Shown here: positions 1-13,689 of the stretch, piece by piece
Position numbering within the stretch: position 1 is the first letter of the stretch
Layout: each line of letters starts with the position of its first letter
Source: Bugula neritina
Taxonomy: Eukaryota > Animalia > Bryozoa
Reading direction: 5' to 3'
Length of the DNA: 64,000 nt
Assembly: GCA_964035545.1 (NCBI GenBank)
Contig: OZ037765.1
Coordinates: 26,535,504 to 26,599,503, forward strand
The notes under the pieces: generated by a model
Database searches by the model: none
Told to the model about the DNA's origin: nothing
The model's input: the letters and a program-made list of their open reading frames with translations, nothing else
Position numbers and translations under genes: made by a program

Positions 1-3000
1 TACGAAGTGAAATCTGATCAAATTTCTGGCGTTAGCATTGAATTGCTCTCCGAGTGGCGCAGTGTCAAGGTCACCCTGAACAACAAGACTGTTACCAACG
101 GCAATGAGCTCCAGGTTGGCTTCTACTGGGACAGCCAGAGAGACACTCAGAAAAGATTTATTGGAACCAGCCAATGGGTGAACATGGGAACCAACAGCTA
201 TAAATGGACCACCACCATCTCTCACCCAGCTCTCCTTAAGGTAGTCATAGATCTGTTATTTATAAATAAATAATTTCACACATATTTTATGCATACTGAT
301 ATATCATTTATGGTGTAATATAAAATTTGTTTTGTTCTTTCTAGGATATCACCATCACAGATCTGATCTCCTTCAACACCAACCAGCACTACTTTGACTT
401 CCAGAAGATGATCTCCTATTCTGCTGACACAACAAAAGATGTTACTTTTGACATGAACCTGCAGAAAGACCTGCAATGGGGCGTCAGTCTGAAGCAGACC
501 TTCAACAAGATCGATATCAGAGTTGGAACTGAATTCACCACCACTGGTAGCACCACCTCTGTCAAATACATGGACTCCAATGGTCAAATGAAGAGCTTTG
601 CCCTCGTATCCAAATTCAATCCAACCACAATGGCTGCTTCTATGGAAGTAAGTCTTAAATTGCTTTGTATCACTTGAAGTTTTATCAATTTTCAAAAACT
701 TTCAACCAACCTGTGTAATCATCATAGTGTTAACTTATAATTATTATTTTAGTTGCAGACACCAATGAAGACTGTGAAACTGGCTACTGCTTCCTCCAAG
801 ACCACCCTGACTCTCTCCACCACCATTGATGGTGAGACCTACAGCACTGACATCACCCTCCGCCCATCCGACTACTACATGCTGATCAAGCTCTCTGGTG
901 TGAACGGTAACATGCAGTTCGCAGCTCAGAAGATAGTTGGCGGATACGAGATTCAGCTGACCAAGACTAACGGTACAAAGACCACTGTGGAAGGGCTGGC
1001 CGCTCTCAGCATGAATGCTTCTCGCCTGGTCAACGGCAAACTCCACTGGAACCCAACTTTGGTGTCCGACATCAAGGTTCGTATATCACACACTGGAACT
1101 GGTTTTTAGACTTGTTATAGCAAAAGAAATTCACTTTTCATACTAAATTCCTATTAATGTGTGTTGACATTACATTACAGGCTCAGATTGCTGCCATCCG
1201 CTCCTCGCTGAAGAACACCATCAAGAGTATGTCTGCTGCTGCCAACGCTGAGGCCACCTTGAAGATGAGCAAGATGCAACTCGGATCTGACTTTGACCAA
1301 ATTATGCCTCACCAGACCAGAGAGTACGATCTGTTTATGCAAGACTTGGCCACTGCTAAGGTTATGGTCCAACAAGGCTACGAGCAGAACATCTTCTACC
1401 TGAAATCTATTGACGAGTTCACCAGGTAAGTTTCTGAATTATACTTTTATGTGACTAAGCCGAGTCTATTCCATGAGTCTGTGTAAATTAATATTGTTTA
1501 ATAAATATCTTGATAATTAACTGGGTGTTATGATCTTGCAGCTCTCTCTTCTCCACCATGGCTCTGAGATTTGAAGAATTCTGCACAGAACTTGAAAGTT
1601 TCTATAGCGATGTTGTCGTACCTAAAATGTCCTACTTGGGAGAACAAACCCAGCAGACCATGCTTAGTATTGCTACCGAGTTTAGCAACATCAAGAGACG
1701 AATGCAAAACTTTGGAATCAACATGGCTACTAAGATGATGGGTGAGTACTATAACCAACTGGATGATTCTAGTAGAGTTATTATATGCTTCTCCTCAGTT
1801 CCCATGCTGTTTCCTGCAGTTCATTATTTCATGAGTTGGTTGTTGTTGCAGAGAGCACAGAAAGTATGCGCCGACGCATGACTAGACTCAACAGCTGGCT
1901 GCAATCTGGCATCGACACTGTTTCTGAGTTTGTCAAGGAGCACCCCATCGCACAGACCTTGAAGGCCTACCACGTCTCCATTGTGACCAGCTTCAACAGC
2001 GCCGCCGATTCCATCTACAGCAGAGTTGTGGCAGTTGTCAACCCTCAGATGTACAAAGATGCCGTATACAAAGTGCACAGATTCATCGTAGACACAATTG
2101 GCAACAGCAGAATCGCCCAGTACATTGATGTCACCGTCTTCACTGGACTGTTTGACACCGCCATGTACAAGGCCGAGTACTACATGCAGTACTACGATGT
2201 TGTGGATAATATGAAGATCTTCATGACTCATGCCAAGAATATCGGTGCCGAATATCTGGACAAATACCTCACCTACTACATCGATGAGACCATTGATAAC
2301 TTCAAGGTAGGAAACTATGCCACCATGTGTGTGTGTGCGGAGAGTTTAATTTCATTGGATTTCGTGCCTATTTTATGTAATCATCAGTGGAAAAATATTA
2401 ATTGTTGCTTTGGCTTATTTTAGTGGGTAACCTACGACCTTCAAGGTGGCGAAATTGAGTGTGAATTTGTTGTGCCATCAACTCTTAACAGCCTCAATAA
2501 CCTCAACGCTATGCAGATGGCTAGCAATGCTATGTCAGCTATGCGCAGCTCCTGGGCACAGATCTATGACTACGACATGAATGTGTCAAACATTGTTGAC
2601 AAGTACATCCCAGCTACATACAAACATGTTCTCCCACCATTTGATGGTATGTATTTTCAAGACATTTCCTCTTTAAGTGATAGCTGTAGTGTTTGATCAT
2701 GTTCCTGATTTTTGCTGCAATCAATATATTGTTATATATGGCCTATTTTAGTTCAAGGTATCATTGCTGGACAGCACATCAGAACATTCGACAGACGACA
2801 CTATGACTTCTCCAGTGGAACTTGCAGCTACCTGTTGGCTCGTGACTTCCAAGATGGCAACTTCACCATCTTTGTCAACTACAATGGTGAGGAGCAGAGT
2901 CTGACTGTACACAGCAATGGTAAGATCATCGACATTGCTCAGGACCTGACCATCAAGATGGACGGCGCTAAAGTTGAATTGCCAGTTCAGTTCTTCAACA

Positions 3001-4798
3001 CTTCCATTTCACGACTTGGTTACAAGATTGTCCTGAAGAATGCTCTGGGTGTCAGCGTGATCTGTGACAACATGAACGGCCTGTGCTCTGTTGAGATGAG
3101 TGGACACTACTTCGCCAAGACTGGAGGTCTCTTTGGTACATACAACTACGAGCCACTCGATGATTTCACCACCAGCTCCAACACCAACACCTCTGATGTC
3201 ACCAGTTTCGCCAACAGCTGGACCTCAAGGTAACCAATTCTTCTGTTTATTTGCCCCATCAACCCTTTACACATGTTTATACTTCATATACTCTGCTGTG
3301 TGAATACTTGGTACGAGTTGTCTAACTGACATGTGTGTTTGTAGCTGCACTGGTTCCAACACTGCCAGGACATTCTCGCACGTAGAGAACACCAAAGAGC
3401 ACGCTGCCTGCGCCGCTCTCTTCAAGGACACCAACAGCTCTCTCAGCCCATGCTTCGGTGTTGTCAGCTCAGAGCACGCCTTCCACAAGTGTATCAATGA
3501 CATGAGCAAGGATGTCACACTCACCGCTACCAATGGTCCCTGTAAGGCAGCCATGTTCTACCAGGCTGAGTGCAAGTTTGCTGGAGTCAAGCTTCCAGTA
3601 CCCTCACAGTGTGGTGAGTTTTCAATTCATTAATATTAAGACAATCTGTTAACTTAATCCAAAATTTCATGTTACAGCTTTTTTCTGTATTCAGCATATT
3701 TATATATTTAATATGTTTTGTTGCAGTCTCGTGCAGTGTCAGTGGAGTCACCTTCGAACAAGGAGAATCACAGCAGATTCGTCAACCAGTTATGGCTGCG
3801 GACGTAGTCATTGTGGTTGAAGAAAAGATGTGCAACTACGAGATTGACAGCAAGCTACCAGCCCTTGCCAAGTTAATTGAGAGCTCATTGTCTCGCAAAT
3901 CCTACAGTGACATCAGATTTGGCCTGGTCGGTTTTGGCGGACAAGGTGTACACTCTCCAAGCCACGTGCACACAATGAACAGCAAGATGTTTGCCTCTAG
4001 ATCCGATCTTTCTCTTGGATCCTCTGCTCTCCAGTTCTCTGGTTAGTTTGTGTTGAGAGCTGATAATTTATAGTTACCCTGAAAGAAGAATTCATGTCAT
4101 ATGTATTTCAACAAAAATCTTATTATCTATTATTCACTGTTTGTAGCTGGAAGCAACAACGACGTATATGATGCCATTGACTTTGCTGCTCAGTACCCAT
4201 TCAGAGCTGGAGCTAGTAAAATGGTAGTTGTCATCCCATGCTCAGACTGCAGTGAAAGCCGACACTCACACCAGGGTATTGCCGAAAGACTCTACTCTGA
4301 GGACATCACTCTCCACGTCCTGAATGAGTTCTCTTATGACATCAGCATTGCTGGAAAGAACCCTGCCACCAATTACTTGTTCGGTGAGCATTCTTCTTGG
4401 TTTAATTCACAAACTAACTACAATACTTATCAAATTCAATGAAGCTAATATGATTTTAATAACCCACTAATATATGACTTCTATTCCTCTATGTTTTAGG
4501 TATTGACAACTATGCAGTGTACTCTCTTCGAGATATCAGAAGCCTCAGAGGAAACACCAGACTCTACCCCATTGTGACGAAGCCAACCGATGCCTGCTCT
4601 AGTCTTGCCCTCCAGACCAACGGTGTTGTGTTTGATGTGAACATGATGAAGACAATGAGATCCAGCACCATCAAGAGCTTCCAGACTGTCTTCGCCAACG
4701 TCATGTCCAACAACGTTTCCCCTCAACGCTGTACCAGTTGCACTTGCGAATACAACGAGCTCTTCATGACCAGCCGAACCGTCTGCTCCGCTTGTTAA
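1..4798 (+). CDS. 3' part of a large lipid transfer protein gene (apolipophorin / lipid transfer particle / vitellogenin superfamily), 5'-truncated by the window
   Basis: In-frame GT-AG exons: <1-240, 345-647, 753-1076, 1181-1425, 1542-1741, 1852-2306, 2424-2646, 2752-3229, 3345-3613, 3727-4041, 4147-4383, 4500-4798 (TAA). VWD motifs QHIRTFDRRHYDFSSGTCSYLLARDF and GGLFGTYNYEPLDDF, a Cys-rich C8-like module, then a VWA-like domain (DVVIVVEE...RFGLVGFGG...YPFRAGASKMVVV). Upstream beta-rich and amphipathic helical regions are typical of LLTPs. AATAAA near 4983. Confidence 0.88.
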
Positions 4799-5852
4799 AC
4801 TGCTGACGTCTATACAAGAAACTCTAACAGAACACTCGCTACATGAACTTAACCACTATATATTTATTTTCTATAGCAACTTTTAAAAAAAAACTGCTCT
4901 CCTTTTAAAGAACAAATTGTGCAATGCATTAGCAAAAGTATAAAATAATTTTGTTTGCTCTTCAATTTTAACTTCTTGAATAAATAAAGCATTATAAAAA
5001 TATAACTTCCAATGTCTTATTGTATTCCATAAAGTTATATATCAGCATTAGAATGTTATAGCAGGCTATAAACTTAAAACAGAAATGCTTTTCTCTCTTG
5101 TTGCAAATTCAACGCCCACTTAAGTTGACATTTGTGGGCTAATATACTGAAACAATAGTTGGTCCAGATTTGCCAGCTTGGAATGCATGTACACATTGAT
5201 TTTAAATCCGCCATGTCAGGAAATGTTAAAATAGCCTTTCCTCTGTGCATTAATTTCAGGATGTAACACTGAGCATGTGTGTTTGACATAACATTAGAGT
5301 AACTTTAATCCTTCAGGTAAAGCTGCTGTTGAATGGTATAGTCGATAGTTGTAAATGAAGCTACATTATATTTGTTCTGCAATATTACTTGTTTAATTTT
5401 CCCAGAACTTGTTTAAACAAGTTATACTATGAGATCTTTATAAGGATTATGAAAACAAGCTCAGTAAAACGGATACTAAAATTAATATTCCTTATGTTCT
5501 TGTAACCAAAAAGTATGCAAAGCAAAATGTAAGGAAACCGGTGACCATAATGTACACCATGACCCTGTATTATGCTTTATTATAAGTTGTATCTATCAGA
5601 GATGTTAGCAACAAGGAATAAATAAAGAGATGGGCATAGCGAGAACTTATTGATTGGACAGAGTTCTAATATCCTCTATTGTTCACAGAGTTTAAGCCTT
5701 TGTTTATTTATCCAATCAATAATACAGCAATTGTGACGTTGATGCAATATTATAGATTTTTATCAGCAATGTAGTTTGTCATTTTCAACTAAATGACTAT
5801 GCAATGAACCAGAGTCTAAATGTGTTGAACTTGTACAGCGAAATATAATAAA

Positions 5853-8800
5853 ATGAGCGCTATTTGGGAGAATGATGATGTCAAAGATAGAATATGCTTG
5901 CTTTCTCCAGAATTGCAGGTAAAGTATATAAATGGCATATAATAACATACGGTTATGGTATAATATGTAATTGTATACATTTCTTAGGGGAATATTACTC
6001 AACATTATGCACCTTGTCTCCAGAGAATTATTTGAAATTCAACAATAAGTGAAGCATTAGTTGCAGAATAATAAATGCCTGTCACTATATACTGGTCTAG
6101 CTCAAATTGTCAGCCATGTTATTATGTTGGCAAAACATGTCAGTGAAGAGTTAAATATGCCAGGTTTAGTTCACTCCTTCCAGTATGCTAGCTGGTGGGA
6201 TCAGTATAGAATAAAACATTCTTGGAGTATCAAGTCTTTGGTAAGCTACAAAATAAAATAGAAAATATTGACAACAGTTGTGATACTTCTAAAAAGCATA
6301 TGAATAAGTCTTAAAAATATATTTAATCTACTATTTTTGGTACATTTGTTTTTTAGTCTAAATAATGCTATCTAAAAATCCTATGTTATTAACTTAATAC
6401 TATACATGTGTAAATATTTAGGGCACAAAGTCTAGTTCTTTAGGCTGGAACAAAATTACCTATATAATTTTTAATAGTTTTTTCATTATAATGCAACTTT
6501 AAAATTATTCTTTGGTTCTAATATGCTATTTACTAATAATTGCATGCTTTACATTTATGAATATAAGACTTAGCACTAGCTGCATGTACTCATATAAAGT
6601 GTGTTTTTTCTAGGCAAGCTTCCTCCGAGCTGTTGATGCCCTCCACAGCAAGGAAAGCACCTTTATGTTCACATTCATAAAGGAGAGTCGAGCTGAGCTG
6701 CGGGACACTCAAGAAGAAATTGAAAAGGAACAAGCGGTTCTAAAAGATACCTCAGATCTATTGGGTATAAATATAACTAGAACTGACATTTTAGCACATT
6801 GTATATATTTTATGTAACTTTGGAAATCAAGATAGAAATATATGGAAACCTCAGCACTTATGGCTACCTTTTGTTTCAGGATATGTGCATATAAAATTTA
6901 TTTGTAGTCATTGCTATTAAGCGACTATTGTTTCTCAATCCAAAATAGCTTTTTATTCGCTTTATGTAGGGCAACACAATATTGCAATTATATTATGTTA
7001 GTTATATGTTAAACTTTCTTTAAATATAGCTTCACAGAGACTTTATGGAGATATTGATGAATTGGAAGAAAATGTACACGAGCTGAATGCAGTTGATGAA
7101 TACCTTAAAAGACGAAACAATGGTGAAATAGGAGGGCTGGGTATTTTATCCTTTGAAGACGAAGTCAAGCCACACAAAAAGGCTAAAAAGAAAAAGGAAA
7201 AGCATGGTGATAGACAGAGAAGCAGCAAAAGTGGCAGATCAAGTGACTTATCTAGTAGAGCAAACACGCTAGACAGTGAAGCGTTGGATGTAGAAAACGA
7301 AATGCTAGTAGAAAAGCTGAACAAAAAGAACAAAAAGGAAAAACGTAAAAACAAAGAAACTGTAGACTTACCGGCTGATGCAAGCGAAAACATAAAAATT
7401 AAAGAAAAGAAGCACAAAAAAGAAGATACAGTTGTGACTATTGAAAAAGAGACAGTGGAACCAGAACCACAAGGTAAAGATGAGAAAATAAATCAAGAAG
7501 ATGCAGAGCCAATACTGGAAAAGAAAAGTAGAACAAAAGCAAAGAAAAAAGACAAAGAGAAAGCAAAAGAAATTGATAATGAACTACAAAGGGAATTTTC
7601 AACCAATAGCGCCCTAGACAAGCCAGTAGAGGTTTCAAGAGAAAAAACTGAAGAGGAACTAACAAAGGAAGAAGAAAAAGCTAAACGAAGAGAAGAAAAA
7701 ACAGAACGAAAGAGACTCGAAAAAGAGAGGAGAAAAAGTGAAGAGGCTTTGAATGAGAGACGAGGCTCTTTAAAAATAGAAAGAGAAAAGTCTGCACCAT
7801 TACTGGCAACTAAAGAACAGTCCGAGATAGAAAAAGTATGTTGTCTGATAAACAAGCAATGAGAGCAAATGTTTGCAATTATCAAGCTTTTAAAGAATTT
7901 TTAAGAATTTCAATTCAATTGACAAAATTAAAATTTTATTTTACTGCTTTTTGACAGGAAACAAGTGAATTGATGAAAGAGTTTATAACTCGCCAATCGA
8001 CAGATGTAGAAGAAAAAAAGAATTTCGAAGAGGCATTAATGAGAAAATTAGCTAAAAAGAAGAATCCACATGCATTAGAAGCTGATAAGCTGATGAAGCA
8101 GCAAGCCTGGGCTGAAGAAGCGTAAGTTTTCAACCTTTTCTATATCTACAATTCTCTTTAAAAGTTGTAATATCCTTATAATATAATAATGGGAATTGTT
8201 TTTTATCTTTTTCTAGTACTTGTTTTATGCAGAGAAGTATTGCTTATTTTGATACACCATCGGTCGGCAAACTTTAATAATGTTAGTGTCCTGAAAGATA
8301 TTGACCTGTTATAAACTTTTAGGTGGCATAACTTTTAAGGTGAGAAAGGATTGATTTTCAACTGAGAACTACTTGATCAATACTTTTCTTTTACACCTGT
8401 TAATAAATAGTGTTAAGTCAATACTACTCATTGATTTCAAATTTCATCAAAACATTATACAAGTTTCACAAGAACACCGAGTTTAATATAGAAAGCTATG
8501 AAAAGATTAAACATGCAATACCGCATTTAATACGTCTCTGCAAAGATGAAAACGACCAAATAAAGAGTTTTCTTATATAGAAACTGTATGAATTAAAAAT
8601 TTGAATAAAATGGTTATATTAAATATAACATTTGAAATACTTAAACACTCTTATTTGGTAAGCATTATATACCTTCAAACTTAGGCTAAGCCTGTATATT
8701 TTGTAAAACACAAGATAAAATGACATAATGTGTAGATTGCGAGCACCAGAAAGTTTTTTCAAAGTCAACTTTTATAATTTTCCCAGAATTGATCGAGAAA

Positions 8801-10240
8801 AAGCTGCCTATGAAGCTAAAATGATGGAAAAGTTGAAGAGTAGAAGAGAAAAAAGTGGATTAGTCAGCCGAGAAGCGTCTTCCTTGAATGAACCAGCGCC
8901 CGCATCAGAACCTGTTGACGTAAAGCCGAAGAAAGAAAAGAAGAAGAAAAAGAGCAAGGTGAACAACTATTTTTCAATAAATTCTAGTGCAGTCTGTGAA
9001 TACTTTTACTTTAAATAATTTTAAGACTCTCCGAAGTTTTTTTTTAAAATGATCATGCATTAGAAGTTAATGATGAAATAAAGCTGTTACAAAAATTATT
9101 TCTACAATGTTGAAAGATGAAGAATTCTCCATTCTATCCAGACATTCCCAATTGTATAGTATAGCATTGTATAGTAAATTAGCAAACTTGGGCAGCAATG
9201 TTGCCTGATTATACATGAATAAACCTCAAGTTTTGGAGAAGTTGAGAATTTTCCCATCTAAAAGTCAAGGGTCAAGTCTAAGGGTCAAAGTTGTATATTT
9301 GTACTTTGTGCGATACCAACTGCATTTCATGTCATTATGTATTGTGTTATGATACTTTGGCCAATCTCTTTCTATCTTTTAACAGTATTTATCTGAATTA
9401 TTTGCAGGATAAAGATGAAGAAGAAAATACTGTGAGTAATTCAATTTATATGCAGCCAAAATGCATATCATATACAACAGGCAATATACTTTATACACGA
9501 CTGTATTTTAATGATGGAAGAAACAATGAATGCGTATGCTATTACAGAAAGCATATATTATAGAGGAAACTCCCATATGAATTAGCAAAGGTTTCAGTAC
9601 ACACTATCATCTAAATGATAGGCTACATTGCTTTCTGAAAATTAGATACTTGTTTCTATATTTCATCAGGATATTACTAGATGCATCACTTGAAACAATA
9701 TTGCAGTTAATTATTCATTGACTCAAGCTATCATACCAGTAACCCATATTGCCAGTGCAAATATGTATTACGAAATAAAATACGCATTGAACAACAGTAG
9801 GCATCAATATTTTAATACATGAAAAGCCAATATTTCAATGCCTATAAAACATATAACTTAGTCCTGCTGTAAATGACATATATGCATATGTAGAGTTAAT
9901 TTATTACATTATAATATGTAAGTTACTTTTATAAAGTGCACAATTTCAAGTACGGTTTATTACTACGATATCAAAAACCATGCATTTTGTCTATACATTA
10001 CAAGTACAATAATAGTGCATAATATGTTGTCTATATGTTTATTATGTGGTTCTGCTACTTTATTTTATAGTTAGTGATCATCTTTCCCAACTGGAAAATA
10101 CATGTTCATCAATAAGTCAATTATCAAATAATTGTATAAAAATACAAAATAGGCAACTTAGTTTTTCTTGGTCTCTGTTGCAGGAGAAAGAAAAGAAAAA
10201 GAAGAAAAAGAAAAGTAAAGACCGAGAAATCGACGTGTGA
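5853..10240 (+). CDS. Uncharacterised protein: ~170-aa ordered N-terminal region followed by a long Lys/Glu-rich low-complexity, coiled-coil tail
   Basis: Phase-consistent exons 5853-5918 (ATG, MSAIWENDD...), 6067-6240, 6614-6764, 7030-7835, 7958-8121, 8787-8958, 9408-9431 (24-nt microexon), 10184-10240 (TGA); all GT-AG. No family recognised. Confidence 0.75.
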
Positions 10241-11378
10241 CATTTACTATACATTACAATATAAATTGAGTGTCAATGATCTTTCGTGGTAGATGTTAGT
10301 CATGACTGGATGTTTAAAACATAAAAACTTACGAAAAATTTGTTTGCAGTTGAAAAAATTTCAATTTCTAATTTATACCTTATCACTCAAATTATTCCTA
10401 ACTTTTATACCCAATTATAATGATTTTTTCTGACAAAAGGACAATGTTGCAACAACAACAGTTAATTGTGTTAAATTTAAATATAGTATTTTATTTCAGA
10501 GAACTTTGTGTATATATAATTATAATTCAAATTAGTGTTAAAGAGACATAAAAGAGAACTGTGATGTCATACTTTGTTCACATGTAAGAGTCTCAGAATA
10601 AAAAATAAAATAAACATTCCCAAAATACTGACTACAACAATAACATAGCACATGCAGCTATTAAAATAATAAAAAATGGAGATGATTAATAATGACTAGA
10701 AATTTATGTACAAGTGTAAATCAAGTAAATAACTTTACTGAGAAAATAAGAGATCAAAATAATATTAAAAAATACATCAACATTACTACGACCAGTATAC
10801 ATGTTACTATAAGAGCGTTTTTTATTGAAAGTGCTTCAAATAATATGGACTAAACTACAGTTTATGATTGTCGCTATTCAGCACCAGAATATCAAAACTT
10901 TTATACATAAACAAAAACATAAGTCCCACTTAATAAATGGTCAAAATTACAGGCTCCAACACTTTAAAAATGGCTTCTCGCATGTATGAATATCAGGATA
11001 GAAAATGTTTACTAATCTGAGTTACCTACAACACACTGTTCAATGATTACCTGAAGAGGATAAATAACCTACACCAGCACCTAGGACAGTGATGCTCAAC
11101 CTGCGGCCTTTTGACTTTTGGCGGCCTTTTGGGCTGGGAAATGTGGCCTTTTGGCCTCTTGTTGAAAATAAAAATTTTGTTCAGTTTCAATCCTTGTTGA
11201 ATTTTGCTTTTTAATAAGGCAGTCAAGATTGCTATCAATCTGGAATTCCTAAGTTTACTATTATATGAAAAATCTGGATAAACGTGATGACAAGGGGAAT
11301 CCCCATTTTTTCCTCATTATGCTTGATTGATAATTAGCTGACTATTAGCATTAGTCAATTAGCAACCAAACTGTCAGC

Positions 11379-13439
11379 ATGAGCAAACGAGCGAGAACTG
11401 TAGAGCAGGAGAACAGGCAGTTCAATGATGCTTGGACAGAAGAATTCCTGATGGTACCTCTGCCTGCAGGTGGGATGCTTTGCCTTGAATGCAACACCAC
11501 AGTAAAAACTATGAAACGATCGAATGCCAAGTCTCACTATGAGATGAAACATGGCCAAACTTATAATCAAATGAATCCAGAGTTTAGGAAAGAAAGAGTT
11601 GCCTCTTTGATAACTAGTCGTCAGAGACAACAATCAATGATGAGAGGGCCGACAGATGACAACAAGAAAGCACTGCTAGTTGGTTCAAAGATAACGTACC
11701 TCATAAACAAAAAAGGCAAGTTTTGTAAACTAAGTTTTAATTTTTGGATTTACATGCATTTCATTACAGTATATTTCTCAGCAAATTCAATTCTAATTCA
11801 AACAATGTGTAGTGTTGAGTTTACCCAGTGGTTCCTGTGGTGTAATGGTTAGCACACTGGCTTGCAAGCCAGAGGTCTCGGGTTTGATTCCCAGGAGAGG
11901 ACAATTATTTTTCACCATGTATCTAAGTTTATACTTATAAGACTCATTCTCTATTTCCCAGGTAAACCGTTCATGGATGGTCAAATTATCAAGGAATGCA
12001 TTGAAATTGCAGCTGACACTATGTGTGATAATGAGCAAGCTAAGCAGGTTTTTCAGAAAATCTCCCTGTCTCGACCCACAATAACACGTCAAACTGAGCA
12101 GTTGAGTGCAAATATCCAGGCTCAGTTGGCAGACAGGATGAAGGAATTTTTAGCTTACTCCATAGCACTTGATGAGTCAACTGATAAAGTGGACACAGCA
12201 CAGTTGTCAATATTTATTAGAGGCGTAGACAAGAATCTCATTGTCACTGAGGATCTCTTAGCTTTACGAAGCATGAAGAGCACCACTACGGGTAAAGATG
12301 TTTACAATGAAGTCATGGCCACCATAGAGACTAAAAATTTGGCTCTCGACAAACTCAGTGCTATTGTAACAGATGGGGCACCATCTATGAATGGTGTGAG
12401 GAATGGCTTCACCACCTTGCTACTTAACAAAATAAGAGAGGAGAAAATCAATCCTCTGCCTCTTGCATTCCATTGCATTATCCATCAGGAGAATCTTGCA
12501 GCTAAGACTCTCAGGATGGACAACGTTCTTCAGGTTGTGAAAGAAACTGTAAACTACATCAGATCAAGAGGTCTGAAACATCGACAATTTCGACAATTTC
12601 TTGACGAATTACAAGCAGAGTATGAAGATATTCCGTACTTTGCAGAGGTGCGATGGTTATCAAAGGGAAAAATGATAGAAAGAGCATACAAGCTTCAAAC
12701 AGAGATTCTTAACTTTTGTGAAAGTCATGGTAGAGAGCTACCTGAGTTCAGAGATTCAGAATTTTTGAATGACTTTGCATTCCTTGTTGACATACTCACT
12801 CATCTCAATGAACTAAATACAAAACTGCAAGGCAAGGACAAGCTAATATCTGACCTGTATCACTATGTGGGTGGATTTGACGGAATGTTGGAGCTTTGGA
12901 TAGAGGAATTTGATAAATATTACGTTGACCGAGAGAGCTTTCCAACACTGGCAGGACGTCCTGGACTTGAAGAGAATTTTATAGTTATTAATCGTTATAA
13001 AACTATTTTATCAGAACTGAAAGGTGAGTTTGAGAATAGATTCATGGACTTCAAAAATATCAAGGACGATATCTCTGCTTTTTCAGCAATACTCCAAGTC
13101 AACGTACCTCGTCACTTGCAAATTGAGGTCATTCAACTGAAAAATGATCTGGTTTATGCTCCTCTCTTCGCACCTGACCAAGACCTGCTCAAAGCATACC
13201 AAAGCCTACCTCCAACCTGCTACCCAAGAATCAGGAGTTTTGCTGCCAGATTTCTCAGTATGTTTGCTAGCACATATCGATGTGAGCAGCTATTCTCTCG
13301 AATGGGGTATGCCAAAAGCAAATTTAGATCGAGGCTAACGGACTCCCATCTGGCTGATCTCCTTCACATATCGGCATCGGACATTGAGCCAGATTATCAA
13401 AACATATTAAGCTCTGTTCAGTGCCAGCCTTCTCATTAA
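11379..13439 (+). CDS. hAT transposase (GTF2IRD2/SPIN-like), two exons, about 604 aa
   Basis: Exons 11379-11715 and 11962-13439 joined by a GC-AG intron, restoring the conserved INKKG/KPFMDGQIIKEC motif. N-terminal zinc finger (CLEC...HYEMKH), catalytic LDESTD, TDGAPSM, HCIIH, RW and CEQLFS motifs; no stops or frameshifts. Confidence 0.92.
11831..11912 (+). pseudogene. tRNA-like Pol III cassette (pseudo-tRNA) inside the transposase intron
   Basis: A-box TGGTGTAATGG, D-stem GTGT/GCAC, anticodon arm CTGGC-TTGCAA-GCCAG (6-nt loop), variable region AGGTC, B-box GGTTTGATTCC, T5 terminator at 11908-11912. The acceptor stem pairs poorly, so it is not a canonical tRNA. Confidence 0.75.
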
Positions 13440-13689
13440 TGTACAAAAATATGCTTACTGTCCTGAACAAATCAGGTTATTTTCCTGGATTTATTTTTCA
13501 TAACAAATAAATGCATCTCAAATGCGAAAATAGTATCTCATTAATAATATGTGGGGGGGCGGGTTTGAAAGTGGAATTGACACTAAACTTTCTAGTGGCC
13601 TTTTTGGTGGCTGAAATTTTTTTTACGGCCTTTTTCTAAAAAAGGTTGAGCACCCATGACCTAGGACATAGGTCAAGGTAAGTTGAAGG

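Larger units (their letters stand above)
11087..13658 (+). mobile_element. hAT DNA transposon, Buster/SPIN/Charlie type, apparently full length
   Basis: Imperfect 16-bp TIRs CAGTGATGCTCAACCT (11087) and AGGTTGAGCACCCATG (ends 13658); perfect 8-bp TSD ACCTAGGA (11079-11086 and 13659-13666) with the central TA typical of Buster elements; subterminal GGCCTT repeats at both ends. Confidence 0.95.

Noticed and set aside
7043-7885. Phe/Ser/Leu-rich minus-strand ORFs
   Set aside because: Antisense shadows of the Lys/Glu-rich exon.
11831-11902. Functional tRNA-Ala(TGC) or tRNA-Cys(GCA) gene
   Set aside because: 6-nt anticodon loop, mismatched acceptor and T stems, and TTTG instead of TTCG.
11862-11961. 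N-terminal extension of the 525-aa ORF (MQARGLGFDSQ...)
   Set aside because: It is intron sequence, including the tRNA-like cassette; splicing restores the conserved KKGKPF motif.
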